This document shows, piece after piece, positions 37,801 through 49,089 of a DNA stretch of 64,000 nucleotides. Position 1 is the stretch's first letter, and every line of letters starts with the position of its first letter. The position numbers were made by a program, and so were the translations under genes. The stretch is from contig OZ316891.1 in the NCBI GenBank assembly GCA_973895155.1, positions 25,853,899 through 25,917,898 on the forward strand, read 5' to 3'. The DNA comes from Marsupella aquatica. Its lineage: Eukaryota > Plantae > Marchantiophyta. The notes below the pieces were generated by a model. The model saw nothing but the letters and a program-made list of their open reading frames with translations. It did no database searches and had not been told where the DNA came from.

Positions 37801-40800
37801 TCCAAGCACCAGTCCCCGAATCGATGACCTTAATGGAGGGTCTAAACTGCCCAAACAGGCAATGCACAAGGTATTACTGCACTCTGACCAGCATGCCTTG
37901 ACAGAGTTTGGAGTCAGGGCTGTGTATAAGGTTTTTTTTTAAATATGTGCACTCTTTGAAGAATTTGTTTTACTGGTTGCTATTCATGAATTTCTAGAAA
38001 CGTGTGTCTACGCACTACTACAGTAGCAAAACATTCTCAAAAATTGCCTTCAAAACAAAATTATGAACTGTTTCCAACCCCATTCTCTTGATGACAATTT
38101 GCCAAGCAATTTGCTCAATATGATAAGAATCCAAATGAATCCAAATGCCTCAATTTCAAGACGGTGCCCTCACCAATACCTGTGCTCTTGGAGGTATGGA
38201 ACATACAGTTTGGAAGAGTCACACATTTGAGTTTACTATCAAGCAATGTATTTACCTCAACTTCTGCAGGTGTAACTACACATGGTTCCATGATATCTTT
38301 GACTGGGACAACAGCTCTAGAAGGCCTCCAGGATGCTTCATAGCCATATTCAAGGTGTTTTGCCGACTTAGCACTTGCTTTACGCTGTGGTTGTCAATCA
38401 CATCAATAAGCATTACATCAAACCTTTGCAACAGGTCAACTCTGGTGCAGCTCTGATGACACATCTAGGTTACACCCCACAAGGAGTCTGAAACAATTTA
38501 TTGTTTACAATAGATCCATCCTTCTAAAGAACAGGGTCGTATGCACAAACTTCTCAATCTTCGTGCAATCAAATTGTTACTTTCAGCTCCTCTAATAGGC
38601 ATGAATATTTCTTCCAAATATCAACCACAAATTGATAAGCGAGATCTGAAAAAAAATTCTTAGAGAAAAGTCTGACATTTGTAACTTAGAAAGACCTGTT
38701 ATTCCATCCTAAATTAGTTGTGAAAAATAAATTTCTGTGGATTTAATTCTAGATGGGAATTTGGCAATATGAAAGAGGGTAAGCTGAAATCCCATGACCC
38801 TACTTAGTGAATGGCCAATCAATCTACAGGATATTCCAATTTCCAGCCCCCAAAATGAGTCAACTAACAAAAAGTTTTTTTGAGTGTATTAAGCAGGTCT
38901 CATCTCCCAAATCCTAGCATACACATCTGAAGATATTCTGTTTCAAAAGGTTCTCCAGAAACTCTTTGTAACTGATCAAGATGCAATGCACATGCACAAA
39001 TAGAGACTTTGTTGCAATAAGCGCCCTTGATGGCTTCATGTGGCCAAAAGTTCAGTGATTTTGGCATGCACATAGCACATTACAGATGAATTTTTCCTTG
39101 GAAGGGACCGGCTTCTTGCAACACTTGTTCATTATCTCCAGGTGACATAGACATCTTAAGTAAAGGCTCAATATCAGAGATTCATTTGTCAACCGGGGTC
39201 CAATTTTTGTGTGGGTTTCAAATAGCACCCAATACTTGTCCATCACTGTCTCCAAGTATGCTTATTTCAGTAAAGACTTCAAATTGGAGATTTGTTCTCC
39301 AGTCATACCTTGAGAGAATTCAAAACTTCCCCAGATTGACTTTGAAAGGTATAGAGTATACTTCTCCTTTGACAGTCCCTTAACTGTTAACAAAGAAAAA
39401 TAATGTACTGCAGATAATAGACTGCATGAACGAATTGGGAGCATTACCTCTTAGGAATGAAGTGAATTGTTAAATACTCATGACCAAGAATTGGTTTAAT
39501 GCCCTGGAATAGCCAGGAACAAAAAAATTGAATGGAACAAAAAAGTATTGACAATAGTGTGTTATCCTTACCTCACTGAAAGAATTTTGGGCATCCCCAA
39601 CAGGAAAATGGGCGCCATAAGGTATGTCATTATTGGTTCTGCAACAATTCCTTGTGAGACAACCTTCTCTGGACATCTCATCAGGTCGGTACATAGGACA
39701 AGTTGCAGGCCTTGAAGTATTTGCAAGATCAGGTCCTGGTTTTATTTCATTGCTCTGATTCTCCCTCAATTCAGTTTTCCACTTATCTACATAGGAGTAG
39801 TGGTTTCCAATAGGAGACCTACAGTTTGGGGCCATCGTGAACTTAGTCCAAAACAATGAAGTAATGTCAGTATTGTACAATCGATGCTTGGTGTGCAATT
39901 GGGCCTGACCTCAACCTTCTTGACATGGGGCTTTGAGATTTTCTTCTCTCTTTGAACATTAATGGGAGGGGTCTCAAGGTGGCCATCTTGGATAACTCTT
40001 GTCTCTGCCTTGTCTAGACCTCTAGACCTCAATGCTTGCGTGTGCCTTTCCCTTACAATGGTTGCAAGCAGGGATGCAAGTTTGAAGAGTACAATTTGCT
40101 AATCCAGGACTACAAGAGTATCAAAACCAGATCACAGTGGTAAACAGGATATTAGACACTTGATGGAAATCAATTGTAAAGCTCCCTTCATACTTGGATC
40201 TACTTTATTGGTCAAGAATCCAAGCTGAAATTCAGTTGATCAAGGGGGTACACATTCAGGATGGAGGTGGTATTAATATGAACAAGCCCAGCAAGGCTCA
40301 ATTGCTTAACTAAGCAGGAGAAACTTACAGAATTTGGCAATGGTCTATGGTCTATAGCAACATCACTGAGCCGCAATGGCACATGACACAAATAGCTAGA
40401 GTTACGGTGATGTGAACAAAAATTTGACATCAAAATTCTAGGCTAGGCCAAAACAAGGATGACCAGATTGATGACCCTCGAATGATTGTTGGGTTGATTG
40501 ACAAAGAAGACGGTTCCAGTACTTGAGCCTTTAGCAGGGATCCCCTTCTCGGGAGTTGTTTGCATAGTGTCCTTTCATTGTCATTCTTGTCTGTAACAAT
40601 GATAATGGGGTTATGGGGAGAATGACATAGAAGAACCCAGTTAGGCTTACTAAGTAGACCTTGTATGATATTCCATTGAACTTCACCATACCATGGACTC
40701 TTTTCAGAGCCCTATTCTTGGCCATGTATTCTCAATTAAGGTCTCATCTTTGAAGTTGTCATCTCTGCGAACAGTAAGGAATCGAGCAGCATGCCTTAAA

Positions 40801-41135
40801 TGTGCCTTGTATCTCCAGCCACCTCTCTAATGTACCACACACCAGAAGTGAATCTTGTCCCTTTAGAAGTTGTGCAATTGTATCACCTCTCGTGGGGCCC
40901 GATCTAAATAATCATTCAAATCTACCGGCGGAGCAAGATTATGTGAGTCCTGATATTTTGGCCCATACACCCCATTAATTGCAGATCTCAAGAATTGCAA
41001 GACTGAGAGATCGCTCCAGGACCTTTCATCAATTGAGTTAGGCCTTTGCACTCCGCTATTTACAAATTGGACTGTTTATCGGCTCTCACATTGAAGCTCG
41101 CACTTTGTTCCATCACAAAAACATATCCAGATTGC
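34810..41135 (-). pseudogene. multi-exon gene or decaying gene of unknown function (exon-like segments near 41050-40886, 40590-40521, 40098-39910, 39787-39572, 38385-38256, 37860-37484, 35296-35263, 35176-35092, 34955-34810)
   Basis: Open segments bounded by YAG acceptors and GT donors, several phase-compatible (EIEATERKTML|CCVCK...PYHDT|VPDRNPIVG...SGLRQ). Some junctions need a frameshift or contain stops. No family recognised. Confidence 0.45.
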
Positions 41136-42781
41136 CTGAGTGACAGTGGAAGTAGAGAATATATGTTCGTGATGTGCTTAATTTCAGTACATCTTTTATG
41201 CATACATACCTTCCCAGGAATTAAAACAAAGTTGACTGGGAATAGATACCCTACAAATCAAGTCATGAGGTAAAGCAACACAAGATCAGAGGTCCACTGA
41301 CATTGTACATCTTGGAATAAGATCACAGAAAACTTGTGCAATTGTTGGGCACACAAAAGCAAAATGAATAGTGTATACTTCCCAATTTTTGATGCAATGG
41401 CATCAGGTGATTGACTTCATAGTTGTGATGCCTGCTAAGAAATAGGAAGGTTAAACTTTCTTGATTGCTGTGGTTGGAGAGATGATGTAGGGAAAAACTA
41501 TCTAGAAGGTTGTTTTAGCCCTCTTGTGAATAATGCCACTCTGGGTGTTTGGGTCAAGTTTGAGCAAAAATTGCAAGAGGAACTGTGCTTTCATAAGTAG
41601 TGTGTCAAGGATAGAAGAAAATTGATCCTAACACCTTCTCAAACTTTCATCAGAATTGAGTACACAAAGAAAACAGGCCTTTTGTGACCTTGTGGTTGGG
41701 TCACATCCGTCCTGTTTTTAAGCGCTCCTTAATTGTTTTCTTCTCCCTGAGCCAGTCTAGCTTGAGCCCAAGCTTGAGACTTACCATTAGTTTTGTTAAA
41801 TTTTATCAACAAAATGTGAAATAGTGATCTCCCTGCATGTGCCTGCTCAAGACAGTTCCGAATGTCAGGCTTGGTTCAAGGGTCTCAGGCCAAGGGCTTA
41901 TACAGTCTTTCTCTGGACCCTTCCAAAGTCTAAATTTCTTTTTCTATAGAAGAATCCTTAAAGAATACAAGGAGAAAGGCCCATACGCTTCACCTAAGAG
42001 ATTTGACATGGCAGGGACCTCTCTTATCTAGAACACTATAGAACAAATCCTAAATACTGGAAGTCTCCATATGGAAATTCCATACAAAGGGGAATGACTG
42101 GAAAGCTTTAGAGAACTAAAACCCACCTCTTTAAAATCAGAAGTCAATGTTATCTCCTGCAAAGGATAATTTCACACAAAGTGCAGGAAGGCCGAAACCC
42201 ACAGCTTCGTAGCCGATAATTAACCAACTTAACTCCCCACCAAAAACAAAACAAGTAGGTCAAACAAAGGCCAAAGTAGAGCCTGGACAGACCAGTGTCA
42301 CAGCCCCATACAAGGAGTTCTTTGTCCGGTTCTTTGAGGTTGTGAACCCCATCAGATATCAGGTGCTCCCATCAGCTGCTGTCAATGGTCTCGCTGAATT
42401 AGAAACTCTATCAAGTTTTGCCTTGAGTACTCACATCAGCACTCCCATCTCCACTCCCATAAGCCAAATTTCTCCCAGATGACCTCACTGAGTCACCTTT
42501 TCACTTGACCGTATTTCCAAATTTGAAAATTCCACTTGGCTGACCCCAATGAGACAGTTTTTCATTTGACATTTCCACTTGGTTAACCGTTCCTGAGTCA
42601 CTTTTTCACTCAACAGCCTCATCAAATGACAATTAATAGTGAATGAATCCACTTGCTGGGGTCACTTTTTTCAACTTGGCCTTGCTGAGGACTTAGCAAG
42701 GTTTTATATCCAAAAAACTGATGGGAGAGTCTGGTATGTGATATTAACAGTCAATTCTCAAGAGGTTAACTAAGTTGTATA

Positions 42782-43125
42782 TGTTGAGCATAGACGACAT
42801 TCGTAACGGCAAGCCCATGAATCATCCAACACACAATAGTCGACACAGAGAGATACGTGGTTCACCTCCACATGAGGCTACGTCCACGGGAACACACAAG
42901 AGCTTTACTGCACTCTAGGCCGACCGGCCATACCAAGCATCCACAGCACAAGCTCTCCCTATCTCTCAACTAGCTCCATAACAATGAGCCTTTGTTCCAC
43001 CAGGGTCTGGCATCAGCCCTGGCTATATACACAACAACACTATCGCTAACATTAGCTAAGTCCTAACCCGAGTTAGACTAACTGTGGTTAGCTCATGAGT
43101 CACAAGACTAGAGCAATATCTAACA
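42782..43125 (-). mobile_element. copia-type solo LTR (344 bp)
   Basis: TGTTG...TAACA termini with perfect 5-bp TSD GTATA (42777-42781, 43126-43130). Contains the tacgtggttc...ggctacgtccacgg motif also seen in the 9244/15366 LTRs. No PBS or PPT. Confidence 0.9.
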
Positions 43126-43210
43126 GTATACATTTCCCAAATACCATGATTGTGCTATTTTGATGTAAGTTAACTTCTCTTATTTTATACATATTCTCAT
43201 TTTGAAGGCT

Positions 43211-46202
43211 TGTCGTGCGCATACATATCGCTACACAACATACATCGCTTGTCACATACATCCAGACATAGTCACACTGCCACATCACAAACACAAGAGA
43301 ATGGAATACAAGTGGAACTCATGTCCACACATGTCCAAAACCCACAATCTGCTGTCCAGCATAAGAGGGCACAGGTCTCTGGCTGGTAGACTCTCGTGCA
43401 GTAGGCTTCTCCCTCTGGCTCTTCCGTGCAGTAGGCTGTGGTGTGGATGTAGATGCAGCCTTTGGTGCTTCCTTGGCAAATCCAGAAGTCACCACCTTCT
43501 CATTCACCATATTGAGCTCAATGCGCTCAGAAAGGGTGAAAACAACTGCTAATGTGGGATCTGCATCCCTAAGCAGAGTGACATCTCTCACTCTGTGTCG
43601 CAATTCTCTGTCCAGAATTGCATACCAAAACTGGACTGCCTGAGCCTCTGTCACTCCCTTGGTGACAGTGATCAATCTGCGCATACGTGTGTATGCCTCA
43701 CGTAGGCTCTCTCCAGTCTTGCGCTGGAACTCCTGGAGACCCTTCAACTTATCAGTTCTCACACCCTGATAGTTCTGCTTCAGTACCTCAAAGAATTCCA
43801 CCACAGGATTAAATGTTGGCGCAACTCCAGTTCCTGTCACGATCACACCGGTAGGAGTAGCGGTGGATGCTGCTGGAGTGCTGTTGGTGGATGGTGTGCC
43901 ACTCTGGCTAGTGTTGCTAGAAGAAGCAGCAGCTGTGGAAATGGGTTGGGCAGCCGCACTAGTGCCATAGGTGATGGACACGTAATTAGGCGACCAATTC
44001 TGCCTCCATGCCTCAATCTCAACCAAATGAGCCTTCCGAAACTCATGGTAGTCATCCATGGGTGGCCCCTCCAAATGCTGAAATAATCCCTTCCATGCCA
44101 TGAAAGGGGTAAACAACGTGGCGTTACGCAATGTCTGCATATCGCACCACGTATCAAACTCCTGGATGAAGTCATCCAGATCAATCGTGCCAACTGCACC
44201 AGAGTATCGTCGTGGGCCCTTTGTAGCCCCGTACATCTCGTCCATATCCCATAACAAAGGTGCAACCACCTGATGACGAGGAGAACTGATCACTGAGTCC
44301 TCGTCGGAATCACTGTCTGAAGCTGCACTGCTGACTGCTACCAATGCCGCTGGCCAAAACTGCGCCCCACTCCGAGTGAAACCGGTCCGTCGTCCATCGG
44401 GTAACCCAGCAGCGCCAGAAGAATCTGTGGTGACCAACCTAACCTAATCTATAGGCTAACCCTAAGGGCAATTTGTCCCTGTCAACAACACAAGCACTCA
44501 CCATGGTGTGTTGGGCATCACTCCAACATCACTAGGAGAGAAATATGTAGCACAACTAGAATGTCCGGTTGCAAACCCGGATCACTCCTATAGAATCAAG
44601 CGCCCACGCCAAACTAACATGGCGCATAAACAGGAAGCATGTGTGGAGAGGATCCAACAACAAGAAGAGGATTTACCACAACTCTCCACACCAATCGATC
44701 AGAAATACATGTAAATAATGTGCATATAGTTCAATATAGGGCCTTCATAATAGGCCTCAAGAATCCCGCGTCAAATATTCAAGAATCCATCGCAAACTAG
44801 CTAAAACAGAGTATCTAGATGAATTCAAAAGTGCATAAAACCCCTAGGGCCTCATTCCCTGGACATCAAATGTGGAAGGAAGCATGTACAATGCACCACA
44901 TAGAAACTTGCTAGTTAAGCGCATGAGAGGAGGAATAGCTTTGGGATGGGTGACCTCTCACTTGTCATTATGCACCAAATCTGCCACTCCAAAATGGCAG
45001 CACTTGCAACTACCCCTCACGTCCCGAGTAACCACGAGTTGCCTCGAAGCCTCGATGAGCCGAAGAGTGAGCCCTTCATGCCCGCAACGCTTCGCTACAC
45101 CGCCAAAGAGTGAGCCCTTCACGCCCGCAACGCTTTGCTACGCCAAATTGAGTTTCGGCAACATTTGGACTTCTGGCCCCTGTTTCCCTTCGCAGAACTG
45201 CACGATGCCGCTACACTCCGTCGCAACAGTAATCCGCGGATGTTGAGATCTCGCAACATTCGGGTCTCAATCCCTCAGTTTCCTTCAAAGAAACACGTCG
45301 CAAAATGCAACTCGACTTCGCGTCAACCAACACTTAACCGAGCACAAAATCAGCAACATATGCAACTGCGGACAGTCGCTTTCTTCACACCAAACTTGGT
45401 CCGCGCAGATCAGCATACAGAAGAACTAGACAACAATACGGCCGCGCCTCGCAGATCTGCATACGGACAAACTAGACAACAATACGGCCGCGCACTTCGC
45501 AGATCTACAACCAATGACACCATGAGAATGTCGTTTCCTTCACAAAAACAGCCACCGCTTCACAGGATAGAACGCTGCCGCACCCGATCTGCTTGTAGCC
45601 AACCGATACAACTCAAACACGTCGATCTGCAACCAAGATCTGTACACTGTCGACAGATTTATGCATACAGGCTACAGATCCGCCAAACCTCCAACTCCAG
45701 ATCCGCTCAAGAATCAAACTCACAGAATCTCAACTTGGATCCACATGCCGGCGATCCAATCAAACGATACGCAGCACGATACGAGATACCACGAACCGTC
45801 GCCGAACACAATCAAACTGAAAATCGAAGCTCTGTCCAACAACAGCAGAGTCCGATGCCTGATCTTTCAATGTAATCTATTTACAATCGGCACAACGATC
45901 CCGGTCAACAATACCCCATCGATCCCGTACCGATCCGATCACACACGTATGTCAAGCCAACGCACCTTGCACTACTCAAGGAATCCACGTTACACAAGCG
46001 GAGCTCACAGCCACCATAGCCACACTCAAGCTCCTCTCTCTCCAAGGCTCAACATTGAAAGATGACCTTTCAATGCCTCACAAGTGAGAAGTACCCTCTC
46101 ACACAAACCTGACCGAACCTTATCGGCTCCAATAGCACTCATACCAAACATACATACTCTAATAGCACGATATACTACTACACTACTCAAAATGGTGTGA
46201 CA
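43211..46202 (-). mobile_element. gag-bearing element with TGTC...GACA termini and 4-bp TSD, no paired LTRs
   Basis: GGCT at 43207-43210 and 46203-46206. The minus-strand start TGTCACACC is gypsy-LTR-like. Internal short tandem repeats at 45062-45145 and 45404-45507. Confidence 0.55.
43319..44437 (-). CDS. gag: retrotransposon Gag-like capsid protein (Ty3/gypsy-like), no pol
   Basis: 372-aa open frame with TRSG, RRYSG..DLDDFIQEFDTWC, HLEGPPMDDY, and MHR-like FQRKTGESLREAYTRMRRL...QAVQFWYAILDRELR. Confidence 0.8.
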   Translation of the reverse strand: MVTTDSSGAAGLPDGRRTGFTRSGAQFWPAALVAVSSAASDSDSDEDSVISSPRHQVVAPLLWDMDEMYGATKGPRRYSGAVGTIDLDDFIQEFDTWCDMQTLRNATLFTPFMAWKGLFQHLEGPPMDDYHEFRKAHLVEIEAWRQNWSPNYVSITYGTSAAAQPISTAAASSSNTSQSGTPSTNSTPAASTATPTGVIVTGTGVAPTFNPVVEFFEVLKQNYQGVRTDKLKGLQEFQRKTGESLREAYTRMRRLITVTKGVTEAQAVQFWYAILDRELRHRVRDVTLLRDADPTLAVVFTLSERIELNMVNEKVVTSGFAKEAPKAASTSTPQPTARKSQREKPTARESTSQRPVPSYAGQQIVGFGHVWT

Positions 46203-48064
46203 GGCTAAATGACCTATTTTGCTTTATAAAAGGTATGATATAAGGAACAGCTATTTTTGTGTTGTAAACACCTCTTTTAACTTTGTAAACTTTATAATAT
46301 TCTGATTAAATAGTACAACTATGTTAGACTCTACCTTTGACCGGACGACCGGACCATCCGGTCACCCTGATCCCACTATATGTACTCCTATTCCCGACTA
46401 TACACATGATTCATTCTCATTCTATTATCACACGTTATCAACACGAGGACTTACCAGCGGAGCCAAGAAAGAAAGGATAAGACCAGGGAAGATTGAAATT
46501 TTTTAAAAGGGGGATCGAGAGGACGACTTTAAAATCTAAGGAGCACAAAGAAGTTGGACCCAAGATCAAAGAGTCGAAGGCAGAAAAACAAAGAACTCAT
46601 AACTCGGACTCATTGGAGGAGAATCGAGAGAGGAGAAGAAGCGAAGAAACTTTGGAAAACCTACGGAGATTGGAGGAGATAAGGAACAATGACCTATTAG
46701 ATTGAATTCGCATTGTTTCAAGAAGCATGAAACATCTCCATTGCCATTTATGCTGCTTTCGCCCTAGACGTTTCTGCTGTGCTAATTGCTCATAGATGAG
46801 TGTTGTGATGACTGCCCATAGACGATCGCCGAGAGGTGTAGCAAAATTGCGATCGATTGAAGGTTGAAGGTCGAGGCGAAATCGGACTAGGAGCGCTGCG
46901 CAGATTAGATTGAAGAGCGCCCCGACAATAATAACATGAATTAGAAGAAGCAGAATTAGAGGCGAAACATGAAGACTTGCGAAGGAAGCCCGAAATCGAA
47001 AGAGAAGCGAAGTAGAAGACGCGAGTGAATCCGAAGCTTTATCACCTAAGACTTGGCCTCAAAAGATTACAGCCCAACAAAACAGCGCACAAGAGGAACA
47101 ATTTTGGAAAAGAAGTAGCAGATTTATGAGAGAAACGAGGCCGTCACGCGCCCTAATTCGATACCCGTTCGGACTCAGCCTTTCACAGAAAGCCCTGCAA
47201 ATTACTAGAGCAACTCGCGCAGTGGGCGCAGTGAATCGATTCGCCAGAGAGAAAGCGAATCAGCAGAACTCGTAGTAAAGAGCAATTCCTTTGCGGTTTG
47301 GTACCGACGCGATTCTGTGAAATCTCGACAGCATAACTCTGTTTACGCTGTGCAGTTGCAAAAGTATTAGAAGGGAATGCCACAGGAGACGGCGAAGGCA
47401 GCAGCAACATTGGTATGATCGCGAGAATTGCTAAAAAGGTTCAATCGACTGAATCCTCAAGGACCGAAAGCATCGACCCCTTGGGAGGAACCCCTGAAGA
47501 ATACTCCAGGAAAATCATAAGTCGAGAGGACAAGCACCTGAGGACGAAAGGCCACGAGTGAAAACGAGTGACAAAGAAATCAAAAGGTCGCGCGAGGAGG
47601 CAAACGAGGAAGAAAACGCAACCTCAAGGCTCAAAACATCGAGAGAACGCCGAAGCAAGGCCAAACCGCTAAGTGCACCACCTATAACCGCAAAACCTCC
47701 ATAATTGCATCTCTTAACAAAGAAAATTAACCTTACAAAGCCGCATGTGCACTTAACCAAGTCACGAGTAAATTACCACAAATAACTGCACAAACTGCAA
47801 AACCTCATTACTGCACAGCTTAACAAAGGAAAAAGATAATACAAAGGAAACCTTGCAGTTATACATTCACAAAGAAAACCAACTTAATAAGTACAAACCC
47901 TAAATTCTGCAAAAACCCAAACATTCCTACTTTACTCGCCAGTGACCTAGATTGATCTCCTCAACCCTTTCTCCACCATTGCATGCGGCAAATGTGCATT
48001 GTCTTTTGACTATATATATTATATATAAACTCCCACACCACCGCTGCACACCAGGACCTTAGAG

Positions 48065-49032
48065 ATGGCCAACCTTGAGAAACTCACCTTCCCCGCCCTA
48101 GAAATAGATGGCGGCAACTACCTAGAATGGTCCATGAACCTAAAAGAAAACCTAACCTCGCTAACCCTACTCCCAGCTATAGGGATGGCTCAACCTATCC
48201 TTGCCGGCGAACCACAACCAGACCCATTAACTAAAGCCAACGAATCAAAAGCCCTCGTATTCCTGAGATGCCACATCCATAGATTCCTCCAGAGACAATA
48301 CATGCACCTTTCGACCCCTCGGGAACTATGGATAGCGCTACAGACCCGATTCGACCACCAAAAAACTAGCTAAACCTGCGGGTCCAGGACTTTACTTCTA
48401 TTTCAGCCTACAATAGCGAACTCTTTAGAATAACTGCAACCCTCGCCCTCTGTGGCGAGCCAGTCGCCGACAAGGACTTGCTAGAAAAGACCTAGTCCAC
48501 GTTCCACTCATCGAACGTGTTACTGTCAACTCAGTACCGGAACATGAAGTTCGGGCAATACTCCGAGCTCATAGCCCACCTTCTGGTCACAGAGAGAAAC
48601 CAAGAACTCCTTTTAGTTAACTCTAGAAAACGTCCTACGGGCACACTGCCCTCAGGATCACAGAGTGAAACACATCTTACCGACACCGCTGAACCCTCCA
48701 CATCAAGGCAGGGCATTAAGCGCAGTATGAATGGCAACCATAGAAACAACCCCAACAGGGGGAGTTTCTTTAACCAACGCCCACAACACAATTTCAGACA
48801 GTCCTTTAAGGGACGTGGAGGACGTGGAGGACATAGAGGACGTGGAGGACGAGGTGGACGCGGCGAACGCGGCGAACGCGGCGGTGGAAGAACATATAAC
48901 AACAACCGCCGAAATGATTGGTCACAATCCCGACCACAACGGGAACGCCCAAAATGCCATGCATGTTGCATGACCAACCACCTAGCCAGACACTGTAGAA
49001 TCCCGCAACACCTTAAAGAGCTATATCAATGA
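48065..49032 (+). pseudogene. gag: Bianca gag with RGG tract and zinc knuckle, interrupted by stops
   Basis: ORFs 48065-48373 and 48517-49032; CHACCMTNHLARHC. Confidence 0.88.
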
Positions 49033-49089
49033 TCCCTCAGGGACGGACAAACCTCTAGGGCACCACCCCGTGAAACCCACGGGGCGTTC

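Noticed and set aside
45135-45875. 246-aa plus-strand ORF
   Set aside because: It lies in the LTR-like part of the gag element, spans tandem repeats, starts at TTG and has no domain motif.
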